Positions 28,345 through 37,976 of a stretch of 64,000 nt of DNA are shown here, in pieces; positions within the stretch are counted from its first letter, which is position 1; each line of letters begins with the position of its first letter. Source of the DNA: a virus (taxonomy: Duplodnaviria; Caudoviricetes). Under the pieces are notes generated by a model, which saw only the letters and a program-made list of their open reading frames with translations, made no database searches and had not been told where the DNA came from. The position numbers and the translations under genes are program-made. The stretch is taken from IMG/VR virus record IMGVR_UViG_3300042342_001286, one strand, 5' to 3'.

Positions 28345-28911
28345 ATGTCAAAGTTTACAAAAAAATGGCAGAAGGAATTTGAGAAAAGATATTCCACTGC
28401 GGTTCTCGAATTAAAAAATTTGGAGGCTGAATATAAAGAAATGAAGGATACAAATCCTGATGAATGGTCAATAAATTATATGACCCCAAAGGAAAGTGAA
28501 ATTGATTTTGGGGTATTGGGTGATTATAGTATATACGATTACGGAGATAAAGTTGATATTAGATTTAATGGTAGTATCATTAGTGTTGATTTTTCAATAA
28601 CAGAATTGAAAAAATTAATTGAATTAAGAAATGAATTAATGAAAGCAATTGATACATTCCAAAGACCACTAGTGAAAGAAAAAGTTGTTGTTGATACTGA
28701 TAATTGCGATGATGACGAAGATGCTGAAGAACAAGAATGGGAAATTAAGGCCGAAAGATCATTAACCGAATCGTGGACATACACCGTAACGGCGATAAGT
28801 GCGTGTGAAGCTATCAAAATGTTAGAACAGGACGAAGACCAAGTAGGTATAAAACATAATGATGATAGTGAATATTATGATTATGGTGATATAGAATACG
28901 AATCAATTTAA
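28345..28911 (+). CDS. acidic hypothetical protein
   Basis: 188-aa ORF. Confidence 0.6.
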   Translation: MSKFTKKWQKEFEKRYSTAVLELKNLEAEYKEMKDTNPDEWSINYMTPKESEIDFGVLGDYSIYDYGDKVDIRFNGSIISVDFSITELKKLIELRNELMKAIDTFQRPLVKEKVVVDTDNCDDDEDAEEQEWEIKAERSLTESWTYTVTAISACEAIKMLEQDEDQVGIKHNDDSEYYDYGDIEYESI

Positions 28912-28915
28912 TTTT

Positions 28916-29116
28916 ATGTTAAAGAATTATTATAAAGATTTTTTTATTTACAATAAGAAACATCATTGGTATATTATCCCTGCCGTCATATTTTATTATG
29001 ATAAAGAATCTTATTATGATGATGGTAAAACTTCACCTTCGTGGGGTTTAACAATAAGATGGTTAACCTACATGATAGGATTTCAAATACAGAAAATTAA
29101 TGAAAATAGAGATTAA
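28916..29116 (+). CDS. hypothetical protein
   Basis: 66-aa ORF in an operon-like run. Confidence 0.55.
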   Translation: MLKNYYKDFFIYNKKHHWYIIPAVIFYYDKESYYDDGKTSPSWGLTIRWLTYMIGFQIQKINENRD

Positions 29117-29282
29117 AAAAGAACAGATAGAAAAAACATTAGGGTATGATATAGAACATTTTAGTTTACATCCCCTTTATAATGACGGCGAATGTGTTGG
29201 TTTAGAAATATATGTAACACCAGAAGTACCTGAAATTGATATCCCAATGGAGGTTTTTATAACCACAAAAAGACCATCATAA
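29100..29282 (+). CDS. hypothetical protein
   Basis: 60-aa ORF in an operon-like run. Confidence 0.5.
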   Translation: MKIEIKKEQIEKTLGYDIEHFSLHPLYNDGECVGLEIYVTPEVPEIDIPMEVFITTKRPS

Positions 29283-29306
29283 TAAATGAAAATTGAATTA
29301 TATTAA

Positions 29307-29342
29307 AAAACCCTGACGTTAGTTGTTGATTGTCAGGGTTTT
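29307..29342. terminator. bidirectional intrinsic terminator
   Basis: AAAACCCTGAC...GTCAGGGTTTT stem between convergent genes. Confidence 0.8.
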
Positions 29343-29353
29343 ATAAGGAATTA

Positions 29354-29479
29354 TTATCTTCCTTGTCCACGGTAGTTCTTTTCAGTTCTATCGTGTTTGT
29401 TGTGAGTTTTTGTTGCTGAACCTCTCTTTCTCTTACCAAAAGAGACTTTGTTGTTGCTAGCACTTTTTCCTTTCGCCAT
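29354..29479 (-). CDS. 41-aa basic protein ending NYRGQGR
   Basis: Read directly (MAKGKSASNNKVSFGKRKRG...); points into the terminator. Confidence 0.7.
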   Translation of the reverse strand: MAKGKSASNNKVSFGKRKRGSATKTHNKHDRTEKNYRGQGR

Positions 29480-29550
29480 AATTGTGTGTTTTTTAATAAA
29501 TAGGCGTATATTCTAACTTTTTTCGTATATTTGACACCTAAACTTACTTT

Positions 29551-31473
29551 ATGGAGGAAATATTACTTTACCAAACATATACTTACGCGAGAATTACCCC
29601 GTTTAAGAACTATTCTAAGTTCCCAAGAGTGGACACATCACATAGTGGTATACATAAACAAGTGTCATATGAAGACAAGTATGGTGGTAGTACGACCACT
29701 GAATATTATGATGGGGGTAGTGGAGTTCCAATATCACCACTAACAGATGAAATCAAAAAGAAAAAAACAAGATTTTTTTATTGGGACGATGAATATAAAA
29801 ATGCTCCGATTATTATGTATGCTTCCACCCATAAACTAAATGGAACACCGGGGGAGTTTTATACTACAAAGGATAGACACATTAAGAAATACTATAACGA
29901 ACCCCTTAGTGAAATATCAGTTCACATATTAGAAAGGTCAATAATAAAAAAAGGAGATAAGGTTACAATTAAAACAAACAAATTCACAAAATTCAGAGGA
30001 TTTAACTGTAAGTATTTTAAAACAAACAAATACACCACATCAGTTACTTTTGATATGGTTAAAGGGGATTTTTTATTTGTTGATAGTGGTAAACATGGAA
30101 AAACCAAAACCACACCTCGATTTAGAAAGAACGGGTTTCAACAACTTGACAATTTTTTAGATAGTAGTGATGGACCATTTAAGTTTTTAAGAAATCATAT
30201 GGGTAAAAATAATCCATTGTATAAAGAATTAAAAAATAATTTTAAAGATAAAGAATTTAACGACGTATTGAGTAAGGTGTTTAACATTAATTTCACAACA
30301 GATGGGTCATTTTTTAAAACTTTTTTTTATGAAGAGGTTATGAGATGGTTTATTAATACCAAGAAAATAAAGATACCAAACGACTATAAAAAACTATTAG
30401 TTCATTATTACCCAACAGAAAAATACTTAAAGAAAAACGATAGAAAATTAATCGCGTCAGTGTTAGATGTTTATCAAATAAAATCTAAAGTAACAATAAA
30501 ACTATTACACGAGAAACCTAATATTGATTTAGGTTCTTTATATATGTTATGTTATTTGTTCGGTGACAACTACCAAAAATATATTGGTTCCATAAATAAA
30601 GATTTATTTGGAACAACATCAGATAAGGGACATTTAATAGGTGCATCATCATTGAAAAATATGGAAAATATACGTGACAGAATTAAAAATCACGGATATA
30701 ATATAACTGATATTGAAAAAGAAAATTTATTATCGGTGTTAACAAGTGAAACAGAAAAAGGAATATCTGTGGATGAAAATTTTATGGGGTTAGTGATGGA
30801 TCATTTTAGGATGTTGAGTAAAATAAGAGAGTATGATCCTAATATTAGAATGAGAGCAAATACTAGAGTTAAGTTTCATAGTGAACATAATGAATTATCT
30901 AGAATGATATCAGCAATTAAAAAGGGTTGGGTCATTCAATATTTTTATCCCGAAGAAACGGTGAGACAAATTCAACAACCGATTAGTTGTGAGAAAAAAA
31001 GTGAGTTGTGGAAACACAGTAGTAATGGTATTAAAGAACTTATCACCACAGTAAGTGATGGTGAGATAATGATACATCCATATGTTCTAACAAGAGAAGA
31101 GGAATACGTTGAAGAAGGTAGGTTTATGCATCACTGTGTTGCATCATATGCGGAGACAGACACATCAATCATTGTATCATTTAGGACCGAAGATAAACAA
31201 GATAGAGTTACGTGTGAGTTTAAAATATCAGACGGAAGAATGGTACAATCAAAATATTTTTCAAACGCACAACCACCAAAACATTATCAAAATGCAATAG
31301 ATGATGTAAGTGATTTGATTAGAATGCATGCGAGATTTGGAACACTCAACTGGTTAAAGAAGGATAGAGTACCTGTTATGATAAATGGAGTTGAAATTGC
31401 GCCAGAAATGAGAGAACCAAGAAGATTAATAGATATTTTAAATTTAGACGACGCGGAACCGTTACCATTTTAA
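29551..31473 (+). CDS. PcfJ-like domain protein
   Basis: C-terminal EGRFMHHCVASY...RVTCE...VQSK. Confidence 0.7.
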   Translation: MEEILLYQTYTYARITPFKNYSKFPRVDTSHSGIHKQVSYEDKYGGSTTTEYYDGGSGVPISPLTDEIKKKKTRFFYWDDEYKNAPIIMYASTHKLNGTPGEFYTTKDRHIKKYYNEPLSEISVHILERSIIKKGDKVTIKTNKFTKFRGFNCKYFKTNKYTTSVTFDMVKGDFLFVDSGKHGKTKTTPRFRKNGFQQLDNFLDSSDGPFKFLRNHMGKNNPLYKELKNNFKDKEFNDVLSKVFNINFTTDGSFFKTFFYEEVMRWFINTKKIKIPNDYKKLLVHYYPTEKYLKKNDRKLIASVLDVYQIKSKVTIKLLHEKPNIDLGSLYMLCYLFGDNYQKYIGSINKDLFGTTSDKGHLIGASSLKNMENIRDRIKNHGYNITDIEKENLLSVLTSETEKGISVDENFMGLVMDHFRMLSKIREYDPNIRMRANTRVKFHSEHNELSRMISAIKKGWVIQYFYPEETVRQIQQPISCEKKSELWKHSSNGIKELITTVSDGEIMIHPYVLTREEEYVEEGRFMHHCVASYAETDTSIIVSFRTEDKQDRVTCEFKISDGRMVQSKYFSNAQPPKHYQNAIDDVSDLIRMHARFGTLNWLKKDRVPVMINGVEIAPEMREPRRLIDILNLDDAEPLPF

Positions 31474-31508
31474 CTACACATTTTCATTTAATCCATATAT
31501 ATTACTAT

Positions 31509-32924
31509 ATGGATTTATTATTTTCGTACTCCCAACAAAAAAAGGATAAGAATAGAAAGAGAGATGAATCAATTAGTGAATGTTTAATTAGATTACACAA
31601 ACACAATGATGAACTGACGTATGAAGGTATTTTTGATTTTGATTATGATAGATATGGCACACCAAGACATGTAACCTTTGAACACAATTTAATTGTTAAT
31701 CTAATAACAGGTGATATTTCTGTAAAGTATGAGATTAAAAATAATGTAAATATCGATGAAAAAATATTTAGAAGTACAGATCAAAACAAAAAGAATGATT
31801 TTAAACTGTTGTTTGATTTAGTTGAAAATGGTATTGCTCGTGGAGAAAAACGTAGAGGTTATTGGGGGGTCAAATATGAGAGATCAGTTGATAAAATATG
31901 TGACATCTTTATCCAACAAATACAACCAAAATTTAAATCACAATTTCTTAAAGATAAGAACTATAAATTAAAACCTTTTTACAATACTATCTATGATATG
32001 TTAGTTGATTATCATTTAGATATAAAAGGTATTAAAGGACACAATGCGGTATATTATGATATTCAAAATGATTATCCTAAAAAGAAATGGTTAGAAAAAA
32101 ATGATTATAAATTTTTACCGGCAGTTTTAGATCATTACGGTATTAAATCAAAATATCTAATAAAAGAATTAAGTCAGAACGTTAGACAGATTCAAATCAG
32201 TACTTTAAATTACTTTTGTAAATTATTTGGTGACAATCATATTGAATATTTAAAGAAATTTATTTGGGAGGTACATTGCTATGATACACCACCTAACAAG
32301 AAATTACATTACTTAAAGAATGAATCTGAAAAAGACTTTTTAGTTAAAGTCATCAATGATTGGGAGATAGACACAATCAAGACCGACTCATTAATTTACA
32401 CATTAAATAAACTATTCTCAATTAGGGATCTGTTAGAACAAAGAGGGGTGAACCTCAAGTTCAAGGCAAAGAACGATGTTGAGTTTGATAATGTAATGGA
32501 GATGTGGTCAGGGTTAAAATTACATTTTGCACGTGGATATAAAGTAAAATACCTTTTACCCGAAGACTTCATAAAAGAAATAGAAGAAGACATTGTAATT
32601 GAAGACGAGACATTCAAACCAAAGATATTACTTACTGAAGATGATTTTAGGATAGAGGGATTTAATATGAAGAACTGTATGTCCAAACAATTTGCACATG
32701 GTGCTGTTTATATATTTGTTTCATTACAACATAAGAGAAAGAGAATTAATTTACAATATAGAAAGGGTAGTTTAATACAATCATATGGTAAAGCTAATAC
32801 TCCTGTTATTAAAATATTTGAAGACCCAACAAATATCTTGACAGAAAGATTTAAGAAACATCCAACGGTAGAATGGAAAAAAGAGAAATATGATTTTCTA
32901 ACTAACTCACAATCAATAAGTTAG
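31509..32924 (+). CDS. PcfJ-like domain protein (paralog)
   Basis: EGFNMKNCMSK; shares YPTEKYLKKND / YPKKKWLEKND blocks with the upstream gene. Confidence 0.65.
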   Translation: MDLLFSYSQQKKDKNRKRDESISECLIRLHKHNDELTYEGIFDFDYDRYGTPRHVTFEHNLIVNLITGDISVKYEIKNNVNIDEKIFRSTDQNKKNDFKLLFDLVENGIARGEKRRGYWGVKYERSVDKICDIFIQQIQPKFKSQFLKDKNYKLKPFYNTIYDMLVDYHLDIKGIKGHNAVYYDIQNDYPKKKWLEKNDYKFLPAVLDHYGIKSKYLIKELSQNVRQIQISTLNYFCKLFGDNHIEYLKKFIWEVHCYDTPPNKKLHYLKNESEKDFLVKVINDWEIDTIKTDSLIYTLNKLFSIRDLLEQRGVNLKFKAKNDVEFDNVMEMWSGLKLHFARGYKVKYLLPEDFIKEIEEDIVIEDETFKPKILLTEDDFRIEGFNMKNCMSKQFAHGAVYIFVSLQHKRKRINLQYRKGSLIQSYGKANTPVIKIFEDPTNILTERFKKHPTVEWKKEKYDFLTNSQSIS

Positions 32925-32990
32925 TACTTTTATCCACATCCATTTTTTATTTCAAAAATATTTTGATATATTTGTATAAACAGTAATGAT

Positions 32991-33155
32991 ATGCAAGAAA
33001 AAGAATCAAAAACCAGTACACACTTTTGGATAAGTTTAGTTAAATCTTTTTTTAGAATTTGTGCGGGTGTTGCTTTAGTTGACGGATCTTTGGTGGATGC
33101 GGGAGGATTACTAATCATAGCCGAAGCACTTGGAATTGCTGAAGAAATATTTTAA
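32991..33155 (+). CDS. 54-aa membrane protein
   Basis: Read directly (MQEKESKT...GIAEEIF); TATATTTG upstream. Confidence 0.6.
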   Translation: MQEKESKTSTHFWISLVKSFFRICAGVALVDGSLVDAGGLLIIAEALGIAEEIF

Positions 33156-33157
33156 TT

Positions 33158-33394
33158 ATGAAAACATTTAAAGATTTAGAATTTATACCACACCCTGCGG
33201 GTTATGGTAGAATCGCAAGATTACAATTTAATAATGGGAGAGGAATAAGTGTTGTCCAAGGTCATATACATATAGGCGATAATAACTTGTATGAAGCGGC
33301 TGAATTGTTTAACGACGAAGTGGTTGGTACAACTGTTATTATGGAATTGACAGAAGAACAAATAACGGGTAAAATGATAGAAATACAAAAATAA
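33158..33394 (+). CDS. hypothetical protein
   Basis: 78-aa ORF; FNNGRGISVV...LYEAA phage-type motif. Confidence 0.6.
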   Translation: MKTFKDLEFIPHPAGYGRIARLQFNNGRGISVVQGHIHIGDNNLYEAAELFNDEVVGTTVIMELTEEQITGKMIEIQK

Positions 33395-33397
33395 AAT

Positions 33398-33694
33398 ATG
33401 GGAATAGTAAATAAATCAGAAAATTGGTGGTTAAGATTATCACTAGTTTTATTTGCGTTAATTACATTAGCATCAGCTTCGGTTATTAATAGAACCGTGA
33501 CGGCCGAAAGACAAATATTAATTGACAGTGTGAAATACTCCAATCAAGTAATTGATTCTTTGAAACAAGAATGTGAATTTAAAGATGATCAAATTGGTAA
33601 ATATGAAATGGCGGTTTATGAAATGCAACAAGAAACCCCCAAAGTAGTGAATAAAGTTTTAAAAAATACGGAAGGATTATCATATGAAAAATAA
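33398..33694 (+). CDS. membrane-anchored coiled-coil protein
   Basis: N-terminal TM segment. Confidence 0.55.
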   Translation: MGIVNKSENWWLRLSLVLFALITLASASVINRTVTAERQILIDSVKYSNQVIDSLKQECEFKDDQIGKYEMAVYEMQQETPKVVNKVLKNTEGLSYEK

Positions 33695-33992
33695 AGAAAC
33701 TGAAATATTTTTAGGTGGTGGAAATAACATGGAGATGAAATCATCTCAATATGTTAATACATACCAAACATTACATTTAACCACACCCGAAAACGGAGCA
33801 ATAAGTTTGAATGTTGAAATATCAGCGGATTTTAACACAATACCCCAAGAATATCATGAAGTATTTTTAAACATGATGTCAGCGAAATATTTAGGTAGAG
33901 TTTCATTTGGAGATAATCCATTCTCCCAATGTTTACCAACACCCCAAAGAAAATGGTACCAATTTTGGAAAAGTAAAACTTTAAGTATATGA
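33684..33992 (+). CDS. hypothetical protein
   Basis: 102-aa ORF ending KWYQFWK. Confidence 0.55.
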   Translation: MKNKETEIFLGGGNNMEMKSSQYVNTYQTLHLTTPENGAISLNVEISADFNTIPQEYHEVFLNMMSAKYLGRVSFGDNPFSQCLPTPQRKWYQFWKSKTLSI

Positions 33993-34129
33993 TCTATTTT
34001 ATAATTGGTATTGTTGGAACCACCCTTTGGATGGTATATGAAATGTACACCGCACCTATGATGGATGACGACGGTAGAATAACTAAACCAGGTAATAAAC
34101 TATCAGATCTATTTAAAAAGAAAAGATGA
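33989..34129 (+). CDS. 46-aa membrane micro-protein
   Basis: Read directly (MIYFIIGIVG...). Confidence 0.45.
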   Translation: MIYFIIGIVGTTLWMVYEMYTAPMMDDDGRITKPGNKLSDLFKKKR

Positions 34130-34152
34130 TATTTATCATATAAACAACTAAT

Positions 34153-34554
34153 ATGGCATATTCAGATAAAGTATTAAATCATTACTCTAATCCACAAAAT
34201 GTAGGAACATTAGATAAATCTAAATCTAATGTAGGTACTGGATTGGTTGGTGCACCTGAGTGCGGTGATGTGATGAGATTACAAATTGAAGTAGTGGATA
34301 ATATCATCGTTGATGCTAAATTCAAAACTTTTGGATGCGGTTCGGCAATTGCATCGTCATCAGTTGCAACTGAATGGTTAAAAGGAAAGAGCGTGGACGA
34401 AGCATTAACAATTGACAATATGGATTTGGTGGAAGAATTAAACTTACCACCAGTTAAGATTCACTGTTCAGTTTTGGCGGAGGATGCTATTAAATCGGCA
34501 ATAAACGATTACCGTGTTAAGAATGGTATGGATGTATTAGTATTTGAACATTAA
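34153..34554 (+). CDS. iscU: Fe-S cluster scaffold IscU
   Basis: GAPECGDVMRLQ, FKTFGCGSAIASSS, LPPVKIHCSVLAEDA. Confidence 0.95.
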   Translation: MAYSDKVLNHYSNPQNVGTLDKSKSNVGTGLVGAPECGDVMRLQIEVVDNIIVDAKFKTFGCGSAIASSSVATEWLKGKSVDEALTIDNMDLVEELNLPPVKIHCSVLAEDAIKSAINDYRVKNGMDVLVFEH

Positions 34555-34555
34555 G

Positions 34556-34885
34556 ATGGTTACAATATCGGATAAAGCACTTAATCATGTTGTTGAATTA
34601 ATGGTGGAAAAAGGAATAACACCTGAGACCCATTTTCTTCGCGTTGGGGTTAAGGGAGGTGGATGTAGTGGATTATCTTACGCTATGGACTTTGATGATA
34701 TAGTAACAGATATGGATGAAGTTGTTGATTTAAAGGTCTTAAAAGTTATTATAGATAAAAAATCAGTTCTATACCTATATGGAACCGAATTAGATTATTC
34801 CGATGGATTAAATGGAAAAGGATTCAATTGGGTTAACCCCCAAGCAAGTCGGACTTGTGGATGTGGAGAAAGTTTTGCTCTCTAA
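34556..34885 (+). CDS. iscA: A-type Fe-S carrier IscA/HesB
   Basis: GGGCSGLSY, NPQASRTCGCGESF. Confidence 0.92.
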   Translation: MVTISDKALNHVVELMVEKGITPETHFLRVGVKGGGCSGLSYAMDFDDIVTDMDEVVDLKVLKVIIDKKSVLYLYGTELDYSDGLNGKGFNWVNPQASRTCGCGESFAL

Positions 34886-34921
34886 TTTTTATTTCTCATT
34901 TATTTTTATTATATTATACCT

Positions 34922-35119
34922 ATGGAACAAATAATAGGTGATTATAAACAATTTGTAGTATTGGAAAGAACAGCATTAGATGAATTACTTAAACGTGCAG
35001 ATGATTTAAGTGAAATGGATGATGCTTATAGTGGTGTTAGAGCCACAGAAATTAGAAACGTTGTCAAGTTCATTAAAGACAATAACATTTATAACAAAGA
35101 TTTTAAAATTAAAAGTTAA
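34922..35119 (+). CDS. hypothetical protein
   Basis: 65-aa ORF. Confidence 0.55.
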   Translation: MEQIIGDYKQFVVLERTALDELLKRADDLSEMDDAYSGVRATEIRNVVKFIKDNNIYNKDFKIKS

Positions 35120-35218
35120 ATAATATGCAAATGTTAATTATATTAGGATATGTTGGATTTGCAACACTATCAGTATTTTCTTTTATTAATGTCATTAGAC
35201 AAATTAATAAATTGCCAG

Positions 35219-35902
35219 ATGAAAAAAATTAAACATCCTTTAGTTAAAGGTGTAGTTAAAGAAATTGTCCCACAAATTTATTGTGCCGAAGTTGACGATG
35301 ACTACGATCGTGCAATGTTGTTCTGTCGTTATCAAGAGTACTATGAATCACCATATAAAAAGTTTAGAGGTAAACGTTTTACTTGGATGGAATATATGAG
35401 ACATTACAAAGATATGTGGAAGAAAAGAACATTTACATATCCTGATGATTGGGCTGGATATAATATCCCATCAAATATATTGGACGGAGGGGTGGATGCG
35501 TTTTATAAAGAAACAGAGTATGATGTAATAATGAATGACATTTATTATTATTGTGCAATTGATTCACAAAATAAAAATAATGGAACAAGATGTGATTGGT
35601 ATTTGATTGGTGCAAGTTCTAAAGATAAGGGAACATTGAACCACGAAATTGCTCATGGACTATATTTTACAAACAAAGATTATAAGAAAAAGGTAAATGA
35701 ACTGATTGGTAATATTAAACCAACTCATTATGATAAGTTGAAGAAGAAACTTATTAAGATGGGTTATGTTAACGATAAGAAAATTATCGATGATGAGATT
35801 CAAGCGTTCATGTCAACAGGATTATATAATGGATTGAACACAAAGGAACTAAAAGTGTATGAAAAGGAATTTAAAAGTAATTTTAAAAAATTAATTAAAT
35901 AA
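35219..35902 (+). CDS. HExxH putative zinc metalloprotein
   Basis: NHEIAHG and distal DEIQA. Confidence 0.55.
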   Translation: MKKIKHPLVKGVVKEIVPQIYCAEVDDDYDRAMLFCRYQEYYESPYKKFRGKRFTWMEYMRHYKDMWKKRTFTYPDDWAGYNIPSNILDGGVDAFYKETEYDVIMNDIYYYCAIDSQNKNNGTRCDWYLIGASSKDKGTLNHEIAHGLYFTNKDYKKKVNELIGNIKPTHYDKLKKKLIKMGYVNDKKIIDDEIQAFMSTGLYNGLNTKELKVYEKEFKSNFKKLIK

Positions 35903-35905
35903 GTT

Positions 35906-36067
35906 ATGGGATACGTAATTGGTATTGGATGTAGTTTTGTCTTGGCAGTGATAGTTGCTTTCTTTTGGGTTAGGGGTATAGACCATATGAAAGAGAATCA
36001 CCCGGATTATAAGGGGGGAGACTTGTTCGGTGATTTTGACCACGACGACAAGGATTATTTAGGATAA
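35906..36067 (+). CDS. 53-aa membrane micro-protein
   Basis: Read directly (MGYVIGIG...). Confidence 0.5.
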   Translation: MGYVIGIGCSFVLAVIVAFFWVRGIDHMKENHPDYKGGDLFGDFDHDDKDYLG

Positions 36068-36095
36068 AACCACAATTTGGGATATTTATATTCGT

Positions 36096-37493
36096 ATGAA
36101 GAAAAGAACCTTAAAAGAAGAACTGGAAAGAATACACAGTATCACTTATGGTAAGAAAGTATTGTTGGAGGACGACTTACTAACTAAGTTAATTCAAGGA
36201 GGAGACACGAATGCCATTAAACCAATAGACGTTCCGTCAAAGGCGGATTTTGTAGATGATGATGTTAGAAAATTCCTTACCGATCTTAAATCAATCAAAG
36301 AACCGGTTACCCAACAGAAGTTAGGTTCAATGCAACATCAAAAAGAAGTGGAAACAATTCAAATTGGATTAGTCCTATTAGGGTATGAATTACCAAGACA
36401 TGGTGTTGATGGGTTGTTTGGTCCCGAGACTGCGGATGCGGTTAAAAAATATAAGACAGATAATAATATTATAAGTGAAGGTTTTATATCAGGTATTGAT
36501 GAAATGGTGTGGAATAAGATGCCATGGGGTATTGATGCTGGTAATAAAGTAAACGGTATTAAATGGTCAAATCACGATACACATATCCATTTTGGGTTTA
36601 CGGATGCTCAGGTTGCTGTTAAAGTAATGGAAAAGGCATTAGAATTAGGTTTACATGCTGGTGAGAATCCTTATACATCTAAAGTTAACCCCGTACATGT
36701 GGGTAATAGTCATCATTATAATACATTTAGTCAAACTGTTAATGGTAAAAAGGTAGGTGAAGGTTTAGATGTTAGTGGTGATTCGGGTAAAATGGAAGAA
36801 TTATTTAATTGGGTATCAACCGAAATAGGTGGTGGAGAGTCAGTTACTATGAGTAACTCAGAAACTGATGAAACAACAGAATCAGTTACACCTGAAATGG
36901 CTCAATCAATGGCGTCTAAATTAGAATTAAAGGGGATTACTAAAGAACAATTAAGTCAATTAATAGATAAGGTTACAACAGGAGGAAGCGATGTCTTTAC
37001 TGATTTAGATTTAACAACGGAAGAAGGTTATAAGATGTATAGTGAAATATGTGATGTATTCATAAAATCAAGAACCCCTAACTTATTGAATATCACGGGA
37101 GATATGATGGCATCAAGTGCTAAAAGAACATTTGAGAAACGTAACAAATATATCCCACCTGAATTGGCTTTAGGACAATTGGCAGCTGAAGGAGGTATTG
37201 GAAACCCCGATGCAAATAGTCTACCAATAAAAACTAAAAACCCGTTTAACGTTGGAAACACAGATGATGGAGGTACGATAAACCATAGTTCAACACAATC
37301 GGGTATTGATGCATATTATAATCTTATAGCAAAAGATTATATAGGTAAAGGTAGAACCGCACAAGACCTAATTAACAATTTTGTTAACCAAAAAAATTTA
37401 AGATACGCGGGGGCTCCTAACTACGAAAAGGTGGTTGGATCAATCGCAAGACAAGTAAATAAAATTGCTAAAAATTTAGGAACAAATTCTTAA
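36096..37493 (+). CDS. putative virion-associated peptidoglycan hydrolase (PG-binding domain plus glucosaminidase/lysozyme-like domain)
   Basis: IQIGLVLLGY...VDGLFGPETADAV (PG_binding_1); QLAAEGGIG...KNPFNVG...YAGAPNYEK (GH73-like). Confidence 0.7.
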   Translation: MKKRTLKEELERIHSITYGKKVLLEDDLLTKLIQGGDTNAIKPIDVPSKADFVDDDVRKFLTDLKSIKEPVTQQKLGSMQHQKEVETIQIGLVLLGYELPRHGVDGLFGPETADAVKKYKTDNNIISEGFISGIDEMVWNKMPWGIDAGNKVNGIKWSNHDTHIHFGFTDAQVAVKVMEKALELGLHAGENPYTSKVNPVHVGNSHHYNTFSQTVNGKKVGEGLDVSGDSGKMEELFNWVSTEIGGGESVTMSNSETDETTESVTPEMAQSMASKLELKGITKEQLSQLIDKVTTGGSDVFTDLDLTTEEGYKMYSEICDVFIKSRTPNLLNITGDMMASSAKRTFEKRNKYIPPELALGQLAAEGGIGNPDANSLPIKTKNPFNVGNTDDGGTINHSSTQSGIDAYYNLIAKDYIGKGRTAQDLINNFVNQKNLRYAGAPNYEKVVGSIARQVNKIAKNLGTNS

Positions 37494-37547
37494 AATATTT
37501 CGTTATATCAAAAAAGAAGTTTAAATTTATAATCTAAACTTTTTTTT

Positions 37548-37934
37548 ATGCCAAATGAAATTTGTATTATCTGCGGAAAGCAAACTACGATTGATGTAAA
37601 CACACATATCGATTTAAGATATGGTTATGTTGAAGGTGCTGGTCAATGTTGTAAACAATGTTATGATAGAACTTATGGACCATCTAACGATTACATCACC
37701 ACTGTAATGAGAAAAAGAACAACTTTAATCACAATCTCAGCGGAAGACATTCTAAACACACCTAACGATCAAGAACTCGGAGCAAAGGTTAGACAAAAAT
37801 GTTGGGAGATCACAGGAGAAACACCTGAACCACAAATGACTTGTAGTTATTGTGGTAGAGATACGTCTGAGATTGAATATGACTACTTAGTCAATACAGA
37901 TCATTTAGAATGTGTATTAAAAATGAATCCATAA
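37548..37934 (+). CDS. Zn-ribbon-like hypothetical protein
   Basis: CIIC, CKQC, CSYC motifs. Confidence 0.6.
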   Translation: MPNEICIICGKQTTIDVNTHIDLRYGYVEGAGQCCKQCYDRTYGPSNDYITTVMRKRTTLITISAEDILNTPNDQELGAKVRQKCWEITGETPEPQMTCSYCGRDTSEIEYDYLVNTDHLECVLKMNP

Positions 37935-37976
37935 GTCATAAACGGAGTATTTATATAGACATAGAAGTATACTCAA

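Noticed and set aside
32930-33118. Minus-strand 62-aa ORF from the track
   Set aside because: Antisense to a better-supported plus-strand 54-aa membrane ORF (32991-33155) that has a promoter motif.
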